A stretch of 64,000 nt of DNA from Deltaproteobacteria bacterium (GTDB lineage: Bacteria; Myxococcota_A; UBA9160; PR03), in contig JANLTC010000243.1 of the NCBI GenBank assembly GCA_031362725.1, positions 16,466 to 80,465 of the forward strand, in the 5' to 3' direction. A model generated the notes under the pieces. That model was not told where the DNA came from and did not search any database. It was given only the letters and a program-made list of their open reading frames with translations. Positions 55,911 to 64,000 of the stretch are shown piece after piece. Made by a program: the position numbers and the translations under genes. Positions within the stretch are counted from its first letter, which is position 1. Every line of letters begins with the position of its first letter.

Positions 55911-57608
55911 CTAGGGATTCATCGCGTACGCGTCACGCAGCGAGTGGACGTGATCGAGCCAGATACGCTCGAAGCGGGCGGCATCGGGGGCGGGCCTTCG
56001 GATCATCGCGATGCAGTGATCGGCCTGCGCGGCGCTGATGCTCGGCTTGCCGTGCAGCTGCACTGCGAAGCGTGAGAAGTCGCGCACCAGCACGTCGAAG
56101 ATCTGATCGACGAGCCCGCGGTCGAGTTCGTAGATCTCGGCGTTCTCCAGCAGCAGCTGCGCGTAGACCACCAGCGTGAAGAGTTCGCCGACCGCGAGCA
56201 GGAAGTCGATGTCGCGGCTCTGCGTGGCATCGGGCGGTGCCTGCGCGAGCAGCGCCTTCAGCGCACCCGTCTGCTCGCTGAATACCCGCACGTTCGGCAG
56301 CTCGAAGCGCGCAAAGACGGGCGCGAAGTCGTGGAAGCGGATGCTGCCGAGCCCGCGCGTCGCACCCTGGTGGAACAGGAAGTCGTCGTTGCACGCATCG
56401 TCGCGGCGCGGGATCGCGGGCAGCTCGGCCGGCTGGAAGAAATACTTCGCCATGAACTTCACGATCAGCGCGATGTTCACGTGCACCGTGCCCTCGAGCT
56501 TCGGCAGCCCGCGGATGTCGCGCGCGGCCATCTCGAAGTAGGTGTCCTTCTCGAAGCCCTTGGCGGCGATCACGTCCCACAGGTGGTTGATCACGTCCTC
56601 GCCCTGCGTGGTGACCTTCATCTTGACCACCGGGTTGTAGAGCAGGTAGCGACGATCTTCGGCGCTCGCCGAGCGCATGTAGTCGGCGGCGCGCAACGCG
56701 ACGAGTTTCATCGCGACGAGGCGTGCATACGCGTCGGTGAAAAGCGCCTTCGCGTGCGGGAAGTCGGTCACGTGCATGTTGTAGAGCTTGCGATGCGCGG
56801 CGTGGTGGATTGCTTCGTAGAGCGCGTGGGTGCAGATCCCGATCGAGGCCCAGCCGAGGTTGAACTTGCCGATGTTCACGGTGTTGAGCGCGGCGTTCCA
56901 GGCTTCGTCGCCGCGCGAGAGGATGTCCTCCTCGCGGACCGGGTAGTCGCGGAGTTCGTACTCCGACACGAAGTTCTGGCTGTGCACGACGTTCTGTACG
57001 CAGTGATAGTTCGCGTGCTGCGATTCGGCGGCGAAAAAGGTGTACTCACCGCTTCCGGCGATCTTGCCGAAGGTCGAGACCAGCGCCGCGCGATTGCCGT
57101 TGCCGATGTAGTACTTGCGCCCGTTCGCGACGAAGCCGCCGCCCGGCGCGGCTTCGAGCGCCATCTCCGTCGAGTAGAGATCTGCGCCGTGCGCCTTCTC
57201 CGAAAGCCCGAACGCGAAGATCGCTCCCTCTTCCAGCAGGCGGGCGGCCCTGCGCTTCAGCGCCTCGTTGTCGCTCATCCTGATCGGCCCGAGGCCGAGT
57301 ACGGATACCTGCCAGGTGTACCAGTACTGCAAGCCGTAGAAGCCGAGGATCTCGGCAAACTCGCAGATCCTCCAGGTATCCCAGCGCGAGTCGGCGGCGC
57401 CGTAGCCCGCGGGCGTACACATCGTCGCGAAGATCTTCTCCTCGCGGACGAAGTCGAGGAACTCGCCGTACCAGACCGCGGCGTGGTCGTCTTCCTTCAG
57501 CTTCCGCTTCCCGCGGCGCTCGAAGAACGAGATCGTCTTCAGCATCACCTCGCGCGAGCGCTCGTCGGGGTAGGGGCGGTCGTGCTTGTTCGGATCGAGC
57601 AGGATCAT
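55911..57608 (-). CDS. acyl-CoA dehydrogenase family protein (long form)
   Basis: 565-aa ORF. Overall ACAD-like pattern (FGLSEKAHGADL, YYIGNGN). Assignment by family resemblance only. Confidence 0.75.
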   Translation of the reverse strand: MILLDPNKHDRPYPDERSREVMLKTISFFERRGKRKLKEDDHAAVWYGEFLDFVREEKIFATMCTPAGYGAADSRWDTWRICEFAEILGFYGLQYWYTWQVSVLGLGPIRMSDNEALKRRAARLLEEGAIFAFGLSEKAHGADLYSTEMALEAAPGGGFVANGRKYYIGNGNRAALVSTFGKIAGSGEYTFFAAESQHANYHCVQNVVHSQNFVSEYELRDYPVREEDILSRGDEAWNAALNTVNIGKFNLGWASIGICTHALYEAIHHAAHRKLYNMHVTDFPHAKALFTDAYARLVAMKLVALRAADYMRSASAEDRRYLLYNPVVKMKVTTQGEDVINHLWDVIAAKGFEKDTYFEMAARDIRGLPKLEGTVHVNIALIVKFMAKYFFQPAELPAIPRRDDACNDDFLFHQGATRGLGSIRFHDFAPVFARFELPNVRVFSEQTGALKALLAQAPPDATQSRDIDFLLAVGELFTLVVYAQLLLENAEIYELDRGLVDQIFDVLVRDFSRFAVQLHGKPSISAAQADHCIAMIRRPAPDAARFERIWLDHVHSLRDAYAMNP

Positions 57609-57744
57609 GGGGTTCTCCGTTCGGAGCTGGACGAGGCGCCATCATAGACCTTTGGGGGCGCGAGGCTGGTCCCATCGTGCGGTCTCTGCGAGTCTTCCGC
57701 CCTTGGGAAGCGCCGCCGCTCACTGGCGGCTCGAGGGGAGAGCC

Positions 57745-58572
57745 GTGGCCGAGTCATCGACCGCTGGCGAGAAGCCGTCGCGCGAGGAATCCGCAGCGCC
57801 GCGCGTCGGCCCGCAGATCGCTGCGCCGGCGCACCTACTCGATTGGGTGTTGAGCTTGCCGTTCCTGTTCGCGTTCGGCGCGATCCTCGTTCTCTTCGAT
57901 CCGCTCCAAAGATTGGCAAGGCTCTTCGGCCCGCGGCCACACGAGATCGTCGTCGGCTGGCTCAATGTCTCGCTGGTCGCGGCCTGTCACCTCTGCGGTA
58001 CGCGACTCGAAGTCGAGCGCGCCCCCGGCGTCCGCCCGAATACGCCCTACCTGCTGATCGCCAATCATCAGAGCATGTTCGACATCCCGATCGTGGGGTC
58101 GCTGCTCCTCACGAACTACCCGAAATATGTCTCGAAGCGGGAACTGGCGCGCTGGATCCCCAGCATCTCGTACAACTTGCGACGCGGCGGCAACGCGCTG
58201 ATCGATCGCGCAGACCGTGGCCAGGCGGTCGAGGCGATTCGCGAACTCGGCGAACGCGCGCAAACGCGCGGCGTCTCGGTGGTGATCTATCCGGAGGGCA
58301 CGCGCTCCCGGTCCGGCGAGCTGAAACCGTTCAAGCCCGCCGGCGCGATCACGCTGCTGCGGGCCGCGCCCGCGCTCGAAGTCGTGCCGGTCACGATCGA
58401 CGGATCGTGGCGGCTGCTGTCTCACAACCTGCTGCCGGTTCCCTACGGCACGCGCATCCGGGTGCGCTTCGCCGACCCGATCCCGCGCAGCGCGGAGAGC
58501 GACCCCGCCGGCATTCTCGATCGCGCCCACGGGGAGATCGAGGAGACACTGCTGCGCTGGCGGAAGCGCTGA
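57745..58572 (+). CDS. lysophospholipid (1-acyl-sn-glycerol-3-phosphate) acyltransferase
   Basis: Trimmed to GTG 57745. NHQSMFD (HX4D) and YPEGTRS motifs. Confidence 0.8.
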   Translation: MAESSTAGEKPSREESAAPRVGPQIAAPAHLLDWVLSLPFLFAFGAILVLFDPLQRLARLFGPRPHEIVVGWLNVSLVAACHLCGTRLEVERAPGVRPNTPYLLIANHQSMFDIPIVGSLLLTNYPKYVSKRELARWIPSISYNLRRGGNALIDRADRGQAVEAIRELGERAQTRGVSVVIYPEGTRSRSGELKPFKPAGAITLLRAAPALEVVPVTIDGSWRLLSHNLLPVPYGTRIRVRFADPIPRSAESDPAGILDRAHGEIEETLLRWRKR

Positions 58573-58667
58573 GCGGTGTGGCGATCTATGGTGCCCCGCG
58601 TGTTCGAGCAGTTCTCGGCCGACGCGGGGCGGAGTCCCGGTCTGCAGCGGCGGGAAAGGGGGGCGAC

Positions 58668-60080
58668 ATGACTTCGAGTTCTTCGACCTGTTCGCGCTCG
58701 ATCGTTGCGAGCGCAGTGCTCGCCGGCTTGCTCTTCGCGGCGCCGTGGTCCGCGATCGCTGCAAGTGACGCGGTAGAGCGTCAGCTTCGCCAGACGCAGA
58801 CCCGCATGCAGCAACTCGACGACCAGATCCAGGCCGCCAGCGACCAGCTCGAGTCGGCAAAGCAGCGCCTCGACGAGCAGTCGCAGTTGATCGACCAGGC
58901 GGGCCTTGCGGAGGCGCGCGGCGCGAGCAGTGGTCTGCCGGGGTTCCTCGGGCAGATCAGCATCGGCGGGTCGGTGCAGGCCAGCTACTTTTGGAACGTC
59001 AATGCGCCCAGCACCAGCCGCAACGGCGGCGAGGACGGGACCAACGCCGGCATCAACGATGCGTTCTACCCGAATCACCCCGACGCCAACAGTTTCGCGC
59101 TCCAGGCGGTGTGGGTCGACATCCAGCGCGAGATCGACGAGGAGAACCGCGCCGGATTCCGCCTCAATGTGGCGTATGGGAAGACCGCCGAATTGCTCGG
59201 CGGCATCGGCAACCGCGACATCCGCGACGACTCGGGCTTCTACGTCTTCGATGGCTACGTGCAGTACCTGGCGCCGATCGGTGACGGACTGACGCTCAAG
59301 GCGGGCCGCTTCGGCACGACGATCGGCAGCGAGTACGCGAACGACGCTCTCAACTGGAACATCACCCAGGGCAGCGTCTACAACCTGCTCGAGCCCCTCG
59401 ACCACATTGGCGTGATCGCCGAGTACGCCTTTGGCGATTCGGGCTTCGATGCGAAGCTCGGCGCGGTGAACGGATACTTCGCGGACGACCCGGACAACAA
59501 CGGATCGAAATCGATTCTCGGCCACGTCGGCTGGGAGAACGACTTGATGTCGGTCGGCTTGAACGGCATCTGGGGCAACGAACAAGACGCTTCCAGCGGA
59601 AACGCGAGCGGCGTCGTGAACGCCCTCTTCACGATCGATCCGACCGATCGGCTGTCGTTCTGGGTCAACGCGGACTACGACTGGATCGACGCGCCCGAAG
59701 ATCCGCACGCCTGGGGCGTCGCGGCCGCCGGTCGCTTCGCGTTCACCGAACGGACCAGCCTGGCGATCCGCGCCGAGTACGTGACCGACGACGACAACTT
59801 CTTCGGCCTCGTCGGCTTCGACCCGAACGGCGACCTGATCGATTCCAACGACACGACCTTCGCGCTGACCGACATCAGTGTCTGGGGCATCACGGCGACG
59901 CTCGATCACCTGCTCACCGATCACCTGAAGATCCGGGGCGAAGTCCGCTACGACGATGTCACCAAGAAGAGCACCAGCGACGACGAGTTCTTCGACCATT
60001 CGAGCGGGTTCAGCGACGACCAGGTCGTGATCGGCGCCGAGGTCATCTACAACTTCAACGCATGGGGCAGCGACGAGTAG
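58668..60080 (+). CDS. outer-membrane beta-barrel porin with N-terminal coiled coil
   Basis: Trimmed to ATG 58668. Signal peptide, heptad-like QLRQTQTRMQQLDDQIQAASDQLESAKQRLDEQ, then an alternating beta-strand pattern. Confidence 0.7.
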   Translation: MTSSSSTCSRSIVASAVLAGLLFAAPWSAIAASDAVERQLRQTQTRMQQLDDQIQAASDQLESAKQRLDEQSQLIDQAGLAEARGASSGLPGFLGQISIGGSVQASYFWNVNAPSTSRNGGEDGTNAGINDAFYPNHPDANSFALQAVWVDIQREIDEENRAGFRLNVAYGKTAELLGGIGNRDIRDDSGFYVFDGYVQYLAPIGDGLTLKAGRFGTTIGSEYANDALNWNITQGSVYNLLEPLDHIGVIAEYAFGDSGFDAKLGAVNGYFADDPDNNGSKSILGHVGWENDLMSVGLNGIWGNEQDASSGNASGVVNALFTIDPTDRLSFWVNADYDWIDAPEDPHAWGVAAAGRFAFTERTSLAIRAEYVTDDDNFFGLVGFDPNGDLIDSNDTTFALTDISVWGITATLDHLLTDHLKIRGEVRYDDVTKKSTSDDEFFDHSSGFSDDQVVIGAEVIYNFNAWGSDE

Positions 60081-60136
60081 CGCGCAGCCGTCCCGGCCGT
60101 GGCGCGAAAGGATGCGCAGCGCGGGGCTCGCTTCGT

Positions 60137-61255
60137 TCAGTCGCCCGGGTGGAGCAGCCGCGCCGCGTCGGGCTGCCAGCTGACCCACAGCGCGGCGCCG
60201 GGAACGACGCCGGGCGCCGCGCGCGACGCCTCGAGATAGTCGATCCACTCGCCGCCGGCCGCATCGCGCAGCGCGCAGCGCCGCACCGCACCCTGGAAGA
60301 CCATGTCGGTGCAGGTGACGGGCAGTCCCAACATGTCCGGCGGCGGTTCGTTCGCGGCGAGTTCGAGTCGCTCGGGCCGGATCATCAGCAGCGCGGACGC
60401 GCCCGCGTCGAAGGCTCGTCCCTGGGTCGACACTTCTCCGCGGCGTCCGCCCGGCAGACACAGCGTCGCGCGCCCATTCGTGGTCTTCTCGACCGTCACC
60501 GGGATCAGGTTCGCGCTGCCGATGAAGCGCGCGACGAACGCCGAGGCCGGCGAGTCGTAGATCTCCTCGGGCGCGCCGACCTGCTCGAGGTGTCCCTTGC
60601 GCATCACCGCGATGCGGTCGGACATCGTCAGCGCTTCTTCCTGGTCGTGCGTGACGAACACGAAGGTGATGCCGACGTCGCGCTGGATGCGCTTCAGTTC
60701 GAGTTGCATCTGGCGGCGCAGTTCGAGATCGAGCGCCGACAGCGGCTCGTCGAGCAGCAGCGCGCTCGGATCGTTCACCAGCGCGCGCGCCAGCGCGACG
60801 CGTTGGCGCTGACCGCCCGAAAGCTGGCTCGGCTTGCGCTGCGCAAAGTCGCCGAGCCGCACGATGTCGAGCATCTCACGCACGCGCCGTGCGATCTCGT
60901 CCGGCTTCCGCGAACGGATGCGCGGCCCGAACGCGACATTGTCGAAGACCGACAGATGCGGAAACAGCGCGTAGTTCTGGAACACCGTGTTGACGGCGCG
61001 CCGATAGGGCGGCACGCCGGCGACGTCCGCGCCGTCGAGCCGCAGCACGCCGCTGGTCGTGTCCTCGAAGCCCGCGATCATCCGCAGCAGCGTGGTCTTG
61101 CCGCAGCCCGAAGGACCCAGCATCGAGAAGAACTCGCCGCGCCGGATCTCGAAGCTGACGTCGTGTACGGCCACGAAGTCGCCGAAACGCCTGCCGACCC
61201 GCTCGAGCGAGATGACCGGAGTCGCCTCTTGCACCGCACCGGACGCCTGGCTCAA
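60137..61255 (-). CDS. ABC transporter ATP-binding protein, PotA/importer type with C-terminal OB/TOBE-like domain
   Basis: Walker A GPSGCGKTT, signature LSGGQRQR, Walker B LLLDEP. TTG 61255 overlaps the upstream stop (TTGA); GTG 61234 is an alternative. Confidence 0.85.
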   Translation of the reverse strand: MSQASGAVQEATPVISLERVGRRFGDFVAVHDVSFEIRRGEFFSMLGPSGCGKTTLLRMIAGFEDTTSGVLRLDGADVAGVPPYRRAVNTVFQNYALFPHLSVFDNVAFGPRIRSRKPDEIARRVREMLDIVRLGDFAQRKPSQLSGGQRQRVALARALVNDPSALLLDEPLSALDLELRRQMQLELKRIQRDVGITFVFVTHDQEEALTMSDRIAVMRKGHLEQVGAPEEIYDSPASAFVARFIGSANLIPVTVEKTTNGRATLCLPGGRRGEVSTQGRAFDAGASALLMIRPERLELAANEPPPDMLGLPVTCTDMVFQGAVRRCALRDAAGGEWIDYLEASRAAPGVVPGAALWVSWQPDAARLLHPGD

Positions 61256-62430
61256 GCCGAACCCTCCTCGCCGCCGGACGCCGGCGGCGCCTCGGGGTCG
61301 AAGCTCTTGTCCCGACTCGCGTACACCCAGCGCGACGTCTTCGCGAGTTCCTCCGCGATCGCGGCCAGCTTCTCGTCGAGCCAGTGCGGCTGCGCGGCGA
61401 TCTGCTCCGCGATCCCGCTGTTCAGGTACGCATCGGTTGCCAGTGACGCGCCGTAGTGACGCCGGTAGACGTCGTAGCGGAACAGCGGACGCAGCCGTTT
61501 CAGATCGTTCGCGCCGGTCGGCAGCGGCAGCAGCGATACGTCGTTCTTGCCGCGCGCGCGTCGCTCTTCGAGTCGGCCGAGCACGACGTCGAGACTGCTC
61601 ACCAGGTGCTTGGGTTCGCAGAACACCGCAAAGTCGTCGTAGAGAAGCTGGATCACCGCGCGGGCCTCGTCGATCGGGAGTCGCGCCTCTCGCTCGCGAC
61701 CGACGCGGCGCAGCAGCAGCATGAAGGGAACCGGCCGGTCGCCGGCCTTGGCGATCAGATCGGGATCGCGAAAGTCCGGCTGCCGGTACGGGAAGTGTTT
61801 CGGATCGATGACGTCGAAGCCACCCCGTCCGTAGAACAGGATGCGCTGCAGCGAGAGCTTGTCGTCGGGGCTGAAGAACTCGACCTCGGCGGCGAGATCG
61901 ACGCGCATCCCGTAGTAGCGACCCGGCGCGTCCGGGTTCGGCAGCGCGATCGCGCCACGCTGATGCAGCGTGTGGAGATACGTCACCGCGAGGTCGAGCG
62001 GCGCGATGCGCAGCCAGTAGGTGAGCACGGTGCCGCGCGCTTCCGGCATCATGAAGATGTGCGACAGGTAGACCAGGCAGAGATCGGGACTGTAGGCGGG
62101 GTTCACCAGCACGCGGCCATCGCGGACGCCGCGAATCGCGCCGGTGGCGCGGTCGCGCGCGACGAGCAGGAAGTAGCGGGCGTAGGTTCCCGAGGTCAGC
62201 GGGACGGTGGCGTCGTCGAGCAGCATCTTGCGGATCACCGACTCGGATTCCATCTCGCCGGCCGCACCGAAGGCGCCCCAGAGAATCTCGAAGGCGCGCT
62301 TGAAGTCCGGGTGATCGGGGTGCTCGATCGCCTCGACCTCGTATCTTCGCGTCTCGCGCTCGATCATCTCGACCACGTCCTGCGCATACAGGTCCTTCAA
62401 GCACAGGCGGACGTGGGTACCGAAGGGCAT
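61252..62430 (-). CDS. unknown protein with a possible GNAT-like acyltransferase core
   Basis: Trimmed to ATG 62430 with a GGAGGA RBS. Segment YFLLVARD..GAIRGVRDG...VYLSHIFMMPEARGTVLTYWL resembles the GNAT beta4-alpha3 region. The rest is unrecognised. Confidence 0.55.
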   Translation of the reverse strand: MPFGTHVRLCLKDLYAQDVVEMIERETRRYEVEAIEHPDHPDFKRAFEILWGAFGAAGEMESESVIRKMLLDDATVPLTSGTYARYFLLVARDRATGAIRGVRDGRVLVNPAYSPDLCLVYLSHIFMMPEARGTVLTYWLRIAPLDLAVTYLHTLHQRGAIALPNPDAPGRYYGMRVDLAAEVEFFSPDDKLSLQRILFYGRGGFDVIDPKHFPYRQPDFRDPDLIAKAGDRPVPFMLLLRRVGREREARLPIDEARAVIQLLYDDFAVFCEPKHLVSSLDVVLGRLEERRARGKNDVSLLPLPTGANDLKRLRPLFRYDVYRRHYGASLATDAYLNSGIAEQIAAQPHWLDEKLAAIAEELAKTSRWVYASRDKSFDPEAPPASGGEEGSA

Positions 62431-62489
62431 GGGGTCCTCCCGTCCGCGCACAGAACCCGAGGGCGGCCCGCACCGGAGCGGTCGGAGAG

Positions 62490-63791
62490 ATGATGGATCA
62501 GAACCAAGCCGTTTGGGTCGCGGAAAGCGAGACATCGCAGCCCGCAGGCAGTTTAGCGACGCCGCGTTCGGCGGACATCGCCATCATCGGCGGTGGCTTG
62601 ACCGGGGTCTCGACCGCCTGGCACTTGCAACAGCGCCATCCGGACTTGGGGATCGTGTTGCTGGAAGCCCGCGCACTGGGTCACGGCGCAAGCGGGCGCA
62701 ACGGCGGGCAGGTGCTGCACTGGGTGAACGGCGTCACGCCCGCTACGCCCGAGGCGCTGCGCCGCATCCACGACGTGACGCAGTTCGGCATCGACCTCGC
62801 CGAGCAACTCGCCGATCGCTACGCGCCACCGGGAACGTTCCGCCGCAATGGCTGCCTCGAGGTCTACACGGATCCGCGGCGGGCCGAGGCGGCGCAGGCT
62901 CGCGTCGAGGCGTGGCGCGCAGCCGGTATCGCCGCCGACTTCATTCCGCAGAGCGCACTTGCGATCGCCGGCGCTTGCGGTGCGATCCTCGATCCGCTGG
63001 CCGGACGCCTCAACGGCCTCGCGCTCTTGCAAGCGATGCGACCGGCGCTGCAGGGCGCGGGCGTCGCGGTGTACGAGAACACACCGGTGCAGCGCGTCCG
63101 CCCGGGCGCCGAAGTGGTGCTCGAGACGCCAGGAGGCGAGGTCCGCGCGCGCGCCGTCGTGCTCGCGACCAACGCGTACACGCCAGCGCTCGGCTTCTTC
63201 ACGAACGGCATCCTGCCGCTGCACTCGCACGTGATCGCAACCGCGCCGCTCGCCGACGCCGAGTGGTCGCGCATCGGCTGGGGCGAGTGGGACGGCTTCA
63301 GCGACGACTACGACCGCATCGCCTACGCGTGCCGCACACCCGGCGGGCGACTTCTCTTCGGCGGCGGCGGCAACCCGGCTTACACCTATCGGTTTGGCGG
63401 CGCGCTCGCGATCGCCGTCGACGCGGCCGACCCAGCCGCGCGCTTCATGCACGGTTTGATGACGCGCTACTTCCCGGAACTCGCGCAGACAAAGGTCGCG
63501 CATCGCTGGGCCGGGCCGCTCGCGATCACGCTCGACCGGATCTGCTCGATGGGCGTCGGTGGCGCGCATCAGAACATTTTTCACGCGCTCGGCTACAGCG
63601 GTCACGGCGTCGCGCTCGCGCTGCTCGCCGGGCGCGTGCTCGCCGACCTCTACGACGGCAACCACGAAGCGTGGAGCGACCTGCCGTTCTACCAGAAGCG
63701 CTTGCTCCCGATCCCGCCGGAGCCGCTGCGCTGGCTCGGCTACCAGGCCTACACACGTGCGACGGGAAGGTCGCCGCGGAAGCATGGGTAG
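62490..63791 (+). CDS. FAD-dependent oxidoreductase (DAO family, gamma-glutamylputrescine-oxidase-like)
   Basis: ADIAIIGGGLTGVSTAWHL dinucleotide motif; 433 aa. Confidence 0.8.
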   Translation: MMDQNQAVWVAESETSQPAGSLATPRSADIAIIGGGLTGVSTAWHLQQRHPDLGIVLLEARALGHGASGRNGGQVLHWVNGVTPATPEALRRIHDVTQFGIDLAEQLADRYAPPGTFRRNGCLEVYTDPRRAEAAQARVEAWRAAGIAADFIPQSALAIAGACGAILDPLAGRLNGLALLQAMRPALQGAGVAVYENTPVQRVRPGAEVVLETPGGEVRARAVVLATNAYTPALGFFTNGILPLHSHVIATAPLADAEWSRIGWGEWDGFSDDYDRIAYACRTPGGRLLFGGGGNPAYTYRFGGALAIAVDAADPAARFMHGLMTRYFPELAQTKVAHRWAGPLAITLDRICSMGVGGAHQNIFHALGYSGHGVALALLAGRVLADLYDGNHEAWSDLPFYQKRLLPIPPEPLRWLGYQAYTRATGRSPRKHG

Positions 63792-64000
63792 TCGCGCGGC
63801 GGAGCGGCCTCCGGGTTTGTCGGAGTGGTGAACCCTGTAGCAGGCAGAACGATGCAGGCTGGGCGGCGTCACGTGAATTCGGGATGACGCCCGCAACGTG
63901 CACGCGCGTCCGGCTTTCTCGTGTCGGCGAGCAGGTGGAGCGAAAAGGGTTCCCCTCGCGCACGGCATGAAGCTGGCAGATCCACACGGGTGTGTGCCCC

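Noticed and set aside
63800-63895. Two short hairpins after the FAD oxidoreductase gene (CGGAG-CGGC-CTCCG followed by GGTTTG; GGCGTCA...TGACGCC)
   Set aside because: The stems are only 5-7 bp and the T-tract is weak. This is not enough to call a terminator or RNA gene.

Overview
This is a very GC-rich chromosomal segment; wobble positions are almost all G/C, so every strand is full of long spurious Arg/Ala-rich ORFs. It comes from a diderm bacterium, shown by Pal, outer-membrane beta-barrels, many lipoboxes and PEP-CTERM signals. I support about 55 protein-coding genes. I saw no rRNA, tRNA, CRISPR array, transposase, integrase or phage genes.

Ordinary content:
- thiI (partial), HAD hydrolase, ferredoxin-reductase-like flavoprotein, ggt, pal, a TPP enzyme, exonuclease-DinG, fabG-like SDRs, moaA-folB.
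- A TetR-controlled aromatic hydroxylase cluster (VOC, FAD monooxygenase, SDR).
- Acyl-CoA dehydrogenase, PlsC, a porin, and a polyamine-like set (ABC ATPase, FAD oxidase).

Most interesting content:
1. An outer-membrane TPR/barrel protein, a FecR-like protein and a CHASE2 nucleotidyl cyclase form an operon. It converges within 7 nt on a cyclic-nucleotide-gated MscS channel. That channel is apparently co-transcribed with a TPR protein and a large secreted purple-acid-phosphatase-like enzyme.
2. Two unrelated secreted enzymes share a C-terminal cassette: Cys-bounded Asp-rich repeats, then a CGLG-x-EL / hydrophobic / RRR tail. I cannot assign this tail to a known sorting signal.
3. A translationally coupled operon encodes a small unknown protein and three PEP-CTERM proteins, one of them a 14-blade beta-propeller. 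It is divergent from a wHTH-AAA-TPR (STAND-like) regulator, and the spacer holds 11-bp-phased direct repeats.
4. A REP/MITE-like repeat family of about 45-60 bp has at least 9 copies in the window. One copy is inserted in frame in dinG, and one supplies the C-terminus and stop of an ORF.
5. An envelope glycosylation cluster combines a GtrB-like GT2, a GT-C-like membrane protein, a second GT2, a methyltransferase and DUF4399. It also has head-to-head overlapping start codons and a 114-nt nested hairpin.
6. An aminotransferase / MenB-BadI crotonase / SDR / Baeyer-Villiger monooxygenase operon.

All functional calls rest on motifs I read in the translations. No database search was possible.
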